Positions 1 to 9,606 of a stretch of 64,000 nt of DNA are shown here, piece after piece. Numbering within the stretch: the first letter of the stretch is position 1; every line of letters begins with the position of its first letter. The translations under genes and the position numbers were made by a program. The stretch covers positions 1,536,001 through 1,600,000 of the forward strand of contig CBDCWI010000001.1 in assembly GCA_965223325.1 (NCBI GenBank), in the 5' to 3' direction. The notes beneath the pieces were generated by a model. The model worked only from the letters and a program-made list of their open reading frames with translations, had not been told where the DNA came from and searched no databases. Source of the DNA: Candidatus Multivoradales bacterium. Lineage in GTDB: Bacteria > Acidobacteriota > Thermoanaerobaculia > Multivoradales > Multivoraceae.

Positions 1-571
1 GGTAGCGAATCCGCGCTCGACCCGACTCGTCTTGCTCTTCGGTGCGGTAGAGCAACTCGGCCGACGGGTCGTCGAGCCGCAGAAGGTCGCGGTTGGCGCG
101 GAAGAAGTTCGCGGCCATGCGATTGCGGAGAACACCCGGCTCGAGCGAGGCGTCTTCCTGTTTTGGTGTTAGAACTTCGCCGCGGATGCGGCGCACGGTG
201 CTGTTGTGTGCCCGCACCGAAACCTCGACGTCGCGGCCTATGCGCTCGGTAATCGACGACATGCCAGAAGTCGCGGCCTCTTCGGCCCGCATCAGGGTCT
301 CGGTACTCACCAGGGCGTGCACCGAGCCACTCAGTCGCGGCACCAGAACGGCGGTATCCGGCGCGGGAGCGTTGATCGCCTCGCTGTGTGACCCTGCCGC
401 GTCGTACGGAATGGGCTGAACGAAGAGCTCGGGGAGGCTCGACGGAGCCTGCGGGTCCTCGTGCCGGGGCTGGGCCGCGGCTTCTTTCGGCGCGAGCAGA
501 AAGAAGAGAACGATGATCAACGCCGGAGCGGCGAGGTAGCCAGTGAGAAAGCTGGTTGCACGGTATTTCAC
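1..571 (-). CDS. N-terminal part of a secreted protein, probably an M4/M36 metallopeptidase pre-pro region; runs off the window edge
   Basis: Not in the ORF track; translated by hand. GTG at 571 with GGAG upstream, signal-like VKYRATSFLTGYLAAPALIIVLFFLLAPKEAAA, ending ...NFFRANRDLLRLDDPSAELLYRTEEQDESGRARIRY, which resembles the start of a fungalysin/thermolysin propeptide. Confidence 0.6.
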   Translation of the reverse strand, partial: MKYRATSFLTGYLAAPALIIVLFFLLAPKEAAAQPRHEDPQAPSSLPELFVQPIPYDAAGSHSEAINAPAPDTAVLVPRLSGSVHALVSTETLMRAEEAATSGMSSITERIGRDVEVSVRAHNSTVRRIRGEVLTPKQEDASLEPGVLRNRMAANFFRANRDLLRLDDPSAELLYRTEEQDESGRARIRY

Positions 572-626
572 GGTCGGTCTCCAGGAAGTTCGGGGCCCCA
601 GGAGGGGGTAGAGGGCCTTCAACCAG

Positions 627-657
627 TGCCTTTCCGGGAAAGCGGAGGTTTGTTACA
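627..657 (-). promoter_or_regulatory. Conserved bipartite motif TGTAACAAAC-N8-TCCCGGAAAGGCA (ECF-promoter-like), copy 1
   Basis: 24/31 identical to 30173-30203; lies about 55 bp upstream of the GTG at 571. Confidence 0.6.
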
Positions 658-706
658 GCCCCCAGCGACAGGCCTCGCGGGGCCCAAGGCCCGGTAGGCT
701 GCCGGG

Positions 707-1438
707 ATGCGTAGAAGCGACCAGCGCGCTGGGCGTCAGGCACCGCTCCTGACCCCTTTCGGCGAAGGAGTCTGGCTGGCCAATCAGCCGGTGCGGATCC
801 TCGGGACGCGCCTCACCAGCACGATGGCCGTCCTCCGACTGGCCGGAAACGACCTCCTGCTCTTTTCGCCGATCGCACTTACCTCCCGCCTCCAGAGAGC
901 CCTCGAGGACCTGGGCCGCATCGCCCACCTCTATGCGCCCAACCTGTTTCATCACCTTTCCATCGGCGAATGGTCGGCGGCCTACCCGGAGGCCAGGCTG
1001 CACGCGCCCGCTGGGCTCGGCAGGAAGCGCCCCGACCTCAAAATCGACCGCGTTCACGGCAATGCGAAGGAGCCCGCCTTCGAGGGGGTCGTCGACGAGT
1101 TGCCGATCGCGGGCTTTCGACTGGCGGAGACAGTCCTCTACTACCGCCCGGCGAAGACCCTCGTGGTGGCCGACCTCGTCCACAATGTCGGTCGCCCCGA
1201 GGGCACCTGGACCCGGATCTACGCGCAGGCGATGGGCTTCTACGATCGGGTCGCCCTCAGTCGCGCTATCCGCTGGACAGCTTGGAGCGACAAGGCGGCG
1301 GCCCGCAAGAGCCTCGATGATCTGCTGGCGCTTCCCATCGAGAGACTCGTCGTCGGACACGGCGCTCCGATCGACCATCGGGCCCAGGAGTCCGTAGCAA
1401 ACGCTTTCGGCTGGCTACCGAGTACCCCGTACCATTGA
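707..1438 (+). CDS. DUF4336 family protein (metallo-beta-lactamase-like)
   Basis: Motifs MAVLRL..LLLFSPI, APNLFHHL, TLVVADL, VVGHG. Confidence 0.8.
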   Translation: MRRSDQRAGRQAPLLTPFGEGVWLANQPVRILGTRLTSTMAVLRLAGNDLLLFSPIALTSRLQRALEDLGRIAHLYAPNLFHHLSIGEWSAAYPEARLHAPAGLGRKRPDLKIDRVHGNAKEPAFEGVVDELPIAGFRLAETVLYYRPAKTLVVADLVHNVGRPEGTWTRIYAQAMGFYDRVALSRAIRWTAWSDKAAARKSLDDLLALPIERLVVGHGAPIDHRAQESVANAFGWLPSTPYH

Positions 1439-1672
1439 AACGCACAGCGTCTGCGCGGTCCTCGCGCTCGATCTCTGTGTTGTCACTCCTCGACAGATCA
1501 CCGATATGCCTCTGTCGTGACGCCTTGATCTCGAGCACGACCATCCGCTCACCCACTATCTGTTTCAATGGTACGGGGTACTAGACCTTCCGAAGAGACT
1601 TGAAGCTACGATGGTTCACCCACGCACGCCGGAGATGGCCAGTGACACCCACCCTCAACTCCAGAGCCCCGC

Positions 1673-2143
1673 ATGACCACCCGTGACGGGGCGGCCGTCC
1701 GCGTCCCGCCGCCGCTCGTCTTCCTAAGCCTCCTGATTGCCGGCTTCCTGCTGCAGCGGCTGGTCTACTCGCTGCCGCTTCCAGTGCCGCGCCTTCCTCG
1801 ATTGCTCATCGCGGCCATCCTGGGAGCAACCGGCTTCTACCTCCTGGGTAGCGCGGCTTCCCTGTTCAAGAAGACCGGGCAGGACCCGAAGCCATGGGTC
1901 AACACGCCCGAGATCGTAAGCACCGGCATCTACCGGCTCACACGTAACCCGATGTACGTAGGCATGGCGCTCATCCAGCTGGCATGCGGGCTGTGGCTCT
2001 CCAACCCGTGGATCATCGCGCTCCTCCCGCTCTCAATGTTTATCGTCCAGCAAACCGCGATTCGCCACGAAGAGGCCTATCTCGAGGAGAAGTTCGGCGA
2101 GGGCTACCTCGAATACAAACGCCGCGTACGCCGCTGGCTCTAG
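1673..2143 (+). CDS. Isoprenylcysteine carboxylmethyltransferase/PEMT family membrane methyltransferase
   Basis: GIYRLTRNPMY, EEAYLEEKFGEGYLEYKRRVRRWL. Confidence 0.9.
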   Translation: MTTRDGAAVRVPPPLVFLSLLIAGFLLQRLVYSLPLPVPRLPRLLIAAILGATGFYLLGSAASLFKKTGQDPKPWVNTPEIVSTGIYRLTRNPMYVGMALIQLACGLWLSNPWIIALLPLSMFIVQQTAIRHEEAYLEEKFGEGYLEYKRRVRRWL

Positions 2144-2208
2144 CCCCTGGTCACTCAGGCGCCGTAACCGGTCGCCTGGTGAGGCACAATAGTCCCGTCC
2201 TGACGTAT

Positions 2209-2703
2209 ATGAACGAAAGAACCACGATTCCTGCCCCGAAGAAGGCGACCCTCTCGCCGCTTCGCCATAGCGCCTGCTTCACGTGTGCGGGGCTCCTGGC
2301 ATGCGCGAGCCTCGTGTTTTGCGGCCTCGATGGGCTCATGTCTGGCCACGTCCACGTGCAGGATGGTTCGACACTCCACCACCGGCACCTTTTTGCCGGT
2401 GCGCATCAGCATGATGGCGAAGACGACCAGCACGCAGCAGACGAGTCCGGCAGGCTAGCTACGGAGACCGCCGACCCCGTAGAAGACCATCACGGTTCGG
2501 AGAAAGAAGCTCCAGAGAGCAGCAAGAGCACGATCTCGACGCTCGAACTCACCAACAGTCTCCAGGCGGAGACTCTCTCGGGCTCCCTGCTCGCCGCACT
2601 GCCTCTTGTCGCATTGCGCGTCGAGGTACGCCGCTCCGCCGCCCCCACTCGGTTCTACTTGACCGAGGGGCCACGGCCGCCGCCGCAAGCGCGACCTGGC
2701 TGA
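2209..2703 (+). CDS. His-rich exported protein with C-terminal GPRPPP; candidate regulatory leader of the TonB receptor
   Basis: Hydrophobic Cys-containing N-terminal segment, GHVHVQDGSTLHHRHLFAGAHQH, acidic linker, RPPP five codons before the stop; start chosen at ATG 2209. Confidence 0.65.
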   Translation: MNERTTIPAPKKATLSPLRHSACFTCAGLLACASLVFCGLDGLMSGHVHVQDGSTLHHRHLFAGAHQHDGEDDQHAADESGRLATETADPVEDHHGSEKEAPESSKSTISTLELTNSLQAETLSGSLLAALPLVALRVEVRRSAAPTRFYLTEGPRPPPQARPG

Positions 2704-2910
2704 CGTCGCCGGGCTCTCCCAGGCCTTCTTGCAGTCCCGGCCGCCCCCAACCTAAAGGTATTCGTGTGTCCCCGTCGCCAGACGACAGGGGACGACTTGG
2801 CATGCCCTCTCTCTGGGCGGCATAGCCGCATGCAGCTCGATCCTCCAAACGGCGGATCTGACCTCCGTTGCGCTAGACGTCCCGCTAGCGCTTCAAAAGA
2901 GAAGATCATC

Positions 2911-5076
2911 ATGAGTATGGACTTAGCTCCCCCTCCTACCGGCAGACCCCTGCCTCAGATTCGGTTGCCGCGAGGTGTCGCGATTCTCGCGGCCCTGGTC
3001 TTTGCAAACGGCATCCTCCTGGCACAGGAATCCGAGCCAGAAACCGCCGAGTCTCCAGGCGACGTACAGGAATCGCCCGGAGAAACTGATGGGTTCGGCG
3101 ACGAGATCGACGTGGTCGAGCGGGGGGACGACATGGTCGGCATCGCCGTTTCGGCTACCGAGGGCAGCACCGGACGCGTCGACTTGAGCCGCCGCGCCCT
3201 CTTGCGCTCAGGCGACGTCGTCGAGACGGTGCCAGGCATGGTCGCGACGCAGCACAGCGGGGGCGGCAAAGCGAACCAGTACTTCATTCGCGGCTTCAAT
3301 CTGGATCACGGCACCGACTTCTCCATCTCCGTCGACGGTGTGCCAGTCAACATGCCGACCCACGGTCACGGCCAGGGTTACGCCGACATGAACTTCCTGA
3401 TTCCCGAACTGATTCAGCGGGCCCGCTATCGCAAGGGCCCCTACTGGGCAGGGGTCGGCGACTTCTCGACCGCCGGCAGCCTCGACATCGACCTGATCGA
3501 CCGTCTACCAGAGTCGTTGATTTCGGTGAGCGCTGGCAGCAACTCTTACGGTCGACTTCTGTTCGCCGACAGCTTCGAGGTCGAGAATGGAACCTTGCTG
3601 GCGGCAATCGAAGGTTTCCACGACGACGGCCCCTACGATCGCCCCGAAGACTTCAGGGTCGCGCGCGGCTTGCTGCGCTACAGCCAGCGAAACGGCGACC
3701 GGCGCTTCAGCTTGACCGCGATGGGCTACGACGGCGAGTGGCTTTCGTCTGACCAGATTCCGCAGCGGGCAGTCGATGATGGTTCGATCTCGCGCTTCGG
3801 CCTGATCGACCCCGGACCTCGCGGCACGACCCAACGCTTCAGTCTGTCGGCAGAGGCGCTTCGCCCGCGCGAGAACGGTGGCGACCGCCTTTCGGCCTAT
3901 GTCATGTCCTACGACTTCTCGCTGGTCGGCAACTTCACCTACTTTCTCGACAACCCGGAGCTCGGCGACCAGGTGCTCCAGCGCGACGACCGCTTCGTAG
4001 CCGGCGCCGAGCTCTCGCGAAGCTGGCTCACCAGGCTCTGGCGTCGGCCACTCGAGGTGACCTCCGGAGTCCAAGTGCGCTACGACGACCTCACCAACCA
4101 ACTCGACCGTACGCGCGTTCACGAGGACCGCATTCAGCTCTTCGCTCCGGTCTTGCGCGCCGACGTCGAGCTGATCACCGGCGGCCCCTTCATCGAAGGC
4201 AGCATGCGTGTCAACGACTGGTTCCGGTGGTCCGGCGGAGTCCGCCTAGACGGCTACCAGGCGGACGTGGCGAGTGATCGCGCGGTCAACTCGGGGAGCG
4301 TCTCGGACACACTCATCAGTCCCAAGCTGAGCCTCGCCTTCGGTCCCTGGAAGCAAACCGAGATCTACGTCAACTACGGGCGTGGATTTCACAGCAACGA
4401 TGCCAAGGGAGCTGTGATCACCGTCGACCCCAGCACGGGCGATGCCGCCGACCGCGCCGAACCGTTGGTCGCGACCGAAGGCTTCGATGTCGGCTTTCGC
4501 ACCACCGCCATCCCTGGCCTGCAGAGCACCGTGACTCTGTTCAGCCTCGAGCTCGGCTCCGAGCTGATTTTCGTCGGCGACGCTGGCGTCACCGAGGCCG
4601 GTCGACCGAGCCGTCGCCTGGGCGTCGAGTGGACCAATCACTACCAGGTGAGTCCGGTCCTCTGGACCGACTTCGACGCCACCTGGACCGACGCTGAGTT
4701 TCGAGACGACGACCCCGCCGGCCGCGAGATCCCAGGCTCAGTGGGCAGGACCCTTGCCGCAGGGCTGTCGTTTTCCAACGACGGCCCCTGGTCAGCGTCA
4801 CTGCGCTGGCGCTACTTCGGCGACATTCCCCTGGTCGAAGACGGCTCGCGCATCTGGTCGAGTAGCGCAACGTTCAACGGGCAAGTCGGCTATCGCTTCG
4901 AAAACGGTCTCGAACTATCGCTTGAAGGGTTCAACCTGACCGATCGCGAGGACGACGACGTCCAGTACTACTACGCCTCACGGCTGCCCGGAGAGCCGGC
5001 CGACGGCATCGAGGACATTCACTTTCACCCCCTACCGGAGCGGTCCCTTCGACTGTCCCTGACCTGGCAACCCTGA
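2911..5076 (+). CDS. TonB-dependent receptor (probably for metal uptake)
   Basis: Signal peptide, plug motif QHSGGGKANQYFIRGFNLDHGTDF, THGHGQGYAD, barrel-like C-terminus HFHP..RSLRLSLTWQP. Confidence 0.92.
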   Translation: MSMDLAPPPTGRPLPQIRLPRGVAILAALVFANGILLAQESEPETAESPGDVQESPGETDGFGDEIDVVERGDDMVGIAVSATEGSTGRVDLSRRALLRSGDVVETVPGMVATQHSGGGKANQYFIRGFNLDHGTDFSISVDGVPVNMPTHGHGQGYADMNFLIPELIQRARYRKGPYWAGVGDFSTAGSLDIDLIDRLPESLISVSAGSNSYGRLLFADSFEVENGTLLAAIEGFHDDGPYDRPEDFRVARGLLRYSQRNGDRRFSLTAMGYDGEWLSSDQIPQRAVDDGSISRFGLIDPGPRGTTQRFSLSAEALRPRENGGDRLSAYVMSYDFSLVGNFTYFLDNPELGDQVLQRDDRFVAGAELSRSWLTRLWRRPLEVTSGVQVRYDDLTNQLDRTRVHEDRIQLFAPVLRADVELITGGPFIEGSMRVNDWFRWSGGVRLDGYQADVASDRAVNSGSVSDTLISPKLSLAFGPWKQTEIYVNYGRGFHSNDAKGAVITVDPSTGDAADRAEPLVATEGFDVGFRTTAIPGLQSTVTLFSLELGSELIFVGDAGVTEAGRPSRRLGVEWTNHYQVSPVLWTDFDATWTDAEFRDDDPAGREIPGSVGRTLAAGLSFSNDGPWSASLRWRYFGDIPLVEDGSRIWSSSATFNGQVGYRFENGLELSLEGFNLTDREDDDVQYYYASRLPGEPADGIEDIHFHPLPERSLRLSLTWQP

Positions 5077-5101
5077 ACTCGACCTGCGGTAACGTCGAGA
5101 G

Positions 5102-5431
5102 ATGACTTCCAACGACCATCCCAACGACAAACTCTTCTGGAACCTGGCCGAGGAGCACCTGGCAGGTCGCGGTGCCGAGCGCGGCACGATGATGGGCTCC
5201 CCTTGCCTGCGAACGAACGGTGACTTCTACGCCACCGTGCATCGCAAGACCAAGCAGCTGATCGTCAAGCTGCCGGAGGCGCGCGCCCTGGCACTGATCG
5301 AAGGCGGGACCGGCACCGAGTTCAAGCCCGCCGGCAGGGTGTTCCGCGAGTGGCTGGCGGTATCCGACGTCGACCGTCTGACCTGGGGCAACCTCATGGA
5401 GGAGGCGCGCGTTTTCGTTGCAGGCGAGTGA
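5102..5431 (+). CDS. Hypothetical protein (TfoX/MmcQ-like small protein)
   Basis: GTMMGSPCLRTNGDF, LIVKLP, GRVFREW pattern. Confidence 0.7.
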   Translation: MTSNDHPNDKLFWNLAEEHLAGRGAERGTMMGSPCLRTNGDFYATVHRKTKQLIVKLPEARALALIEGGTGTEFKPAGRVFREWLAVSDVDRLTWGNLMEEARVFVAGE

Positions 5432-5555
5432 ACGAACGACGTTCCCAACCCCCTGAATCCGCGCAAGAAGCCTGGCAGGCGTCCTAACGGTAGGATTCAG
5501 CGCTAAACATGAAATCTCGGAGTCTTACTCCGATTTTTCATGGTAGAATTTTCCC

Positions 5556-6707
5556 GTGATTGCTCGAAAAGCTCATACGGAGCGCATCGAAGCGCTCTTG
5601 AAGCGGAACCCGGTGGTGGCCATTCTCGGCGCCCGCCAGACCGGAAAGACGACCCTCGCCAACCAGATCCTCAAGTCGCGCCGCAAGGGCACCCGCTTCG
5701 ACCTCGAGGATTCCGCAGATGTCGCAAGGCTAGCCAGCCCTGGCGTGGCGCTCAGCGAACTTCGTGGCCTGGTCGTGATTGACGAGATCCAGCGACGGCC
5801 CGAGTTGTTTCCGTCGCTACGAGTCCTGGCGGATCGCAAGCCGCTTCCGGCGCGCTTTCTCGTTCTGGGAAGCGCTTCCCCCGAGCTTCTTCGTCAGTCA
5901 TCCGAGTCCCTCGCGGGCCGCATCGCTTTTCATACGCTCCCTGGATTCGACCTGATGGAGGTCGGCGACCAGAACTTTCATCGCCGCTGGCTGCGCGGTG
6001 GGTTCCCGCGGTCGTACCTCGCTCGCAGCCAAGCAGACAGCTTCGCCTGGAGGCAGGACTTCATCCGAACCTTCGTAGAACGAGATCTCCCTCAGTTGGG
6101 AATCGGCGTATCCGCTTCGACCATGGAGCGCTTCTGGACGATGCTGGCTCACTACCATGGTCAAACCTGGAACGGTTCTGAAATCGCACGAGCCTTCGGG
6201 GTCACCGACAAGACCGTCCGCCGATACCTCGACGATCTCACGTCCGCACTCGTCGTTCGGCAACTCAAGCCGTGGTTCGCGAACATCGGCAAGCGGCAAG
6301 TGAAGTCACCCAAGATCTACATCGCTGACAGCGGCTTGCTGCACGCACTTCTCGACGTTCGAGATCGCCGCGACCTCGATCGGCACCCCAAGGTCGGTGC
6401 CTCCTGGGAGGGCTTCATGATGAACCAGGTCGCACGTGCTCTCGGCCAAGACTCTGGGGCGCTGTACTTCTGGGCAACCCACACCGGCGCCGAACTCGAT
6501 CTCTTATGGACTCGGGGCCGCAAGCGCATCGGCTTCGAGTTCAAACTCACCGACGCTCCCAGACTGACCCGGTCGATGAGGTCAGCCCTCGAGGCTCTCG
6601 AACTGTCGAAGCTCTGGGTTGTTCATGCCGGGCAGCATCGGTTCCCGATGCACGAAAAGGCCGAGGCGCTGGGCGCCCGGGATCTCTCTTCAACCAGGCT
6701 GGTCTAG
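5556..6707 (+). CDS. AAA_14 ATPase with DUF4143 domain
   Basis: Walker A GARQTGKTT, Walker B VVIDEIQ, VKSPKIYIADSGL, ELDLL..GFEFK. Confidence 0.92.
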   Translation: MIARKAHTERIEALLKRNPVVAILGARQTGKTTLANQILKSRRKGTRFDLEDSADVARLASPGVALSELRGLVVIDEIQRRPELFPSLRVLADRKPLPARFLVLGSASPELLRQSSESLAGRIAFHTLPGFDLMEVGDQNFHRRWLRGGFPRSYLARSQADSFAWRQDFIRTFVERDLPQLGIGVSASTMERFWTMLAHYHGQTWNGSEIARAFGVTDKTVRRYLDDLTSALVVRQLKPWFANIGKRQVKSPKIYIADSGLLHALLDVRDRRDLDRHPKVGASWEGFMMNQVARALGQDSGALYFWATHTGAELDLLWTRGRKRIGFEFKLTDAPRLTRSMRSALEALELSKLWVVHAGQHRFPMHEKAEALGARDLSSTRLV

Positions 6708-6745
6708 AGGCCCGGTCCCCGCCCACCATCTCGTTGACTACAGTG

Positions 6746-6869
6746 CGACTGGTTCCGCTGGTCTGGCGGAGTCCGCCTGGACGCCGAGACCGACGCGGCG
6801 ACTGATCGCTCGGTCAACGCAGGCAGCGTCTCGGGAACACTCGTCAGTCCCAAGCTGAGCCTCGCCTTC
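6746..6869 (+). pseudogene. Degenerate 124-bp copy of an internal segment of the TonB receptor gene (4215-4341)
   Basis: Shared CGACTGGTTCCGnTGGTCnGGCGGAGTCCGCCT and CAGTCCCAAGCTGAGCCTCGCCTTC, with scattered substitutions and a net 3-bp deletion. Confidence 0.85.
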
Positions 6870-9606
6870 AGCCGTCTTCGCGTAAACAGACCTGGGGATC
6901 AACGGTGCCGGCACGACGCGCCGGAACCGCACACGCCACCAGCGCGGTCGCCAGGAGAAGCAAGGTGACTCCTGCGATCGCCAAGGGATCAGTCGGTCGG
7001 ACCGAGAACAGGGTGGCACTGGCAACGCTGGAAAGAGCAAGCGCAGCCAGAAGGCCGACCAACCAACCGGTTCCCACCATCACCATGCCCTCCCTCAGAA
7101 CACTCAGCACGATCCCCAGGGGCTCGGCTCCCAGCGCCATACGAACGCCGATCTCGCGGCGGCGCGAAGCCACCGAGCGCGACAGAACCCCGAACAGCCC
7201 AAGAACCGCGAGGCTAATGGCCACCGCCGAGAAGATCGCCAGCCAGGCAGTCAATTGGCGTGGCAGGGCGATTGACCGCTGGACGATCTCCTCGTACTCG
7301 GCTAAGTCAACGATCGGCACGGTGGGATCGAGAGAGCGCAACGTTTCTAGAACCCGGCCCATCGTCGCCTCGGTTGCGGCAGACGGCCCCGGGGCTAGAC
7401 GAACTGCAAACGTCATGTCTCGCGGTGAGTAGTACGCGGTCTCGAACGCCTGGGCGTGTGGCACGTACCAGCGGTCCTCAGCGGGTTGGTCGAGGCCGAA
7501 GTAGCGCACGTCGCCGACGACCCCCACCACCGTCATCCAGGGCGCATCCTCGCTGAAGACCCGGAAGCGTTTTCCGAGAGCCTCTTGCCCCGGCCAGTGG
7601 AGTTTGGCCATCGTCTCGTTGATCACCACCACTGGCACCGAAGCGACCGTGTCGGTCTTTTCGAAAGCCCGCCCGGCCTCGAGCCTCAGACCGAGAGCCT
7701 CGAAGGCCGACGGGGTCACCTGTTGAACTGCGGAGGCCGGCGCGTCACTCACCGTCGCCACGGGCTGCCCCTCGATCTCGATCGACCAACGGCTCACCCC
7801 GCCATCGAGCGGCAGGCTGCCCACCGAGCCAGCGGCTAGAACCCCCGGAAGCTCCCCGAGAGCGCGCTCGGCATTCTCAAAGAACGCCACCGCCTTCTCG
7901 TCGGTGTCGTAGCGACCCGGAGGGAGCGAGACGTCGAACACCACCACCCCGTCGGCGTTGAAGCCCGCGTCGACGCGCGCCAGCTCCTGCAGCGTTCGCG
8001 CCATCAGTCCGCAGCCGAGCAACAAGAGGACCGCCAGTCCGACCTGAACCACTACCAACCCGCGCCGGACCCACACCGCCTTTCTCGTCGCGCCATGGTC
8101 GCGGCGCGTCATGGCCCCCGAACGAATCGTTGACCGAAGAGCAGGCCACAAACCACACAGCACCGTCACTAGAACCGTCAGGCCCAGGACAACCGCCACG
8201 ACCCGTGGCTCGAACGACACCTGATCTGCGCGCGGCAGGCTCTCCGGCAAGAGCGCCGGAAGTAGCCGCTCACCCGCTTTGGCAATCGCCACCGCCAGCA
8301 GGCCGCCAAGACCCGCCAGGATGAGCGTTTCAACGACCAGTTGACTCACCAACCGACCACGTAGTGCACCCAGTGTGCGCCTGACGTCGAGCTCACGCTC
8401 GCGTTCCGCCGCCCGCCACAGCTGCAGGTTGGCAACGTTGGCACAGGTCAGAAGCAAGAGCGCTAACACGGCGGCCACAACAATCAGAACCGGTGTCTCA
8501 GCAGTACCAAGGAAGGCCTCGCGCATCGACTGCACGCGCAGTCGATGACCACCGTTGGCGTAGATCTCGGGATAGGCACTCTCGGTTTGTGCCGCCAGGA
8601 CGTCGGTTACGGCTACCGCCTCATCGAACGTGACACCGGGCGCTAGCCGAGCCACGACGTTGAGATAGTGGTTGTTGCGCGCCCACGGAGCATCGAGGTC
8701 GAGCTTGAGAGGGAAGTAGAGGTCGAAACGGGGCGTGGGGTAGTGAAAGCCTTCCGGCATCACCCCCACCACCCGAAAGGGTTCGCCGTCGAAAGAAACG
8801 GTAGCTCCCACCGCGTCGGGCATACCGCCCAGCGACGAGCGCCAGAAAGCGTGGCTCACCACGACCACATCCGCTCCACCGGGACTGTCTTCCGCCGCAT
8901 CGAAGAAGCGTCCCAACTCGGGCTGAACACCCAGGGTCTGTGCCAGATCAGCTGTCGCCTCGACCGCCAGCAGCCGACGTGACTCCGGCTCGCCCAGCAA
9001 GGTCACCGGACGCCCACGCCAACCCGTCAATGACTCGAAGGAGTCGAGCTCGCGCAGATCGTGCAAACCGGGCTCTGACGTCCCATGCCACATCGCGCCG
9101 CGGCTCTGGACCTGGATCACCGCCAGGTCTTCGGCAGCAGGATACTCGAGTGGCTGCAAGAGAATCGCGTCGGCGAACATGTAGACGACGGCGCTCTGCC
9201 CGATCCCGAGGCCGAGCATGGCCGCAATGAGAAGGCTGGCAGCCGGCCGGCGCTTGATCATGCGCACACCGAGCTGTAGGTCACGCCCCAACCAGCCGAT
9301 CGTGTTTCGAAATGATGAGGACTCAACCGTCATGGCGCGGCTCCTTTGAAACGAGTGGTCAGCGGGTTTGGGGGTGCGCGCTACGCCCCGGTCTCGAAGC
9401 GAGCGATGCCAGATCACCGAAAGGACCTGGCGCGCAAGCCAGAGCAGCTCGGCCGTGGCTGAGCCGCGTCGTGCAGTACGCCGCCGCCACTCCTCTGCCA
9501 GGTCGCCGGCAAGGAACTCACGCTCGTGCGTTGGGGCCAGTCGCTCAGCCAGGCCGAGCAACCGCCGAGAGAGCCAGCGGCGGACCCCCACTACACCGCC
9601 CGCCAC
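6868..9606 (-). CDS. ADOP family duplicated MacB/FtsX-like permease, copy 1
   Basis: Two MacB_PCD/FtsX halves, CANVANL, RRREIGVRMALGA, VPARRAGTVDP; GTG start overlaps the padR stop (start uncertain). Confidence 0.92.
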   Translation of the reverse strand: MAGGVVGVRRWLSRRLLGLAERLAPTHEREFLAGDLAEEWRRRTARRGSATAELLWLARQVLSVIWHRSLRDRGVARTPKPADHSFQRSRAMTVESSSFRNTIGWLGRDLQLGVRMIKRRPAASLLIAAMLGLGIGQSAVVYMFADAILLQPLEYPAAEDLAVIQVQSRGAMWHGTSEPGLHDLRELDSFESLTGWRGRPVTLLGEPESRRLLAVEATADLAQTLGVQPELGRFFDAAEDSPGGADVVVVSHAFWRSSLGGMPDAVGATVSFDGEPFRVVGVMPEGFHYPTPRFDLYFPLKLDLDAPWARNNHYLNVVARLAPGVTFDEAVAVTDVLAAQTESAYPEIYANGGHRLRVQSMREAFLGTAETPVLIVVAAVLALLLLTCANVANLQLWRAAERERELDVRRTLGALRGRLVSQLVVETLILAGLGGLLAVAIAKAGERLLPALLPESLPRADQVSFEPRVVAVVLGLTVLVTVLCGLWPALRSTIRSGAMTRRDHGATRKAVWVRRGLVVVQVGLAVLLLLGCGLMARTLQELARVDAGFNADGVVVFDVSLPPGRYDTDEKAVAFFENAERALGELPGVLAAGSVGSLPLDGGVSRWSIEIEGQPVATVSDAPASAVQQVTPSAFEALGLRLEAGRAFEKTDTVASVPVVVINETMAKLHWPGQEALGKRFRVFSEDAPWMTVVGVVGDVRYFGLDQPAEDRWYVPHAQAFETAYYSPRDMTFAVRLAPGPSAATEATMGRVLETLRSLDPTVPIVDLAEYEEIVQRSIALPRQLTAWLAIFSAVAISLAVLGLFGVLSRSVASRRREIGVRMALGAEPLGIVLSVLREGMVMVGTGWLVGLLAALALSSVASATLFSVRPTDPLAIAGVTLLLLATALVACAVPARRAGTVDPQVCLREDG

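Noticed and set aside
2704-2910. Cobalamin riboswitch before the TonB receptor
   Set aside because: No B12-box or GGGAA/CCCGCAACTGT core could be recognised.
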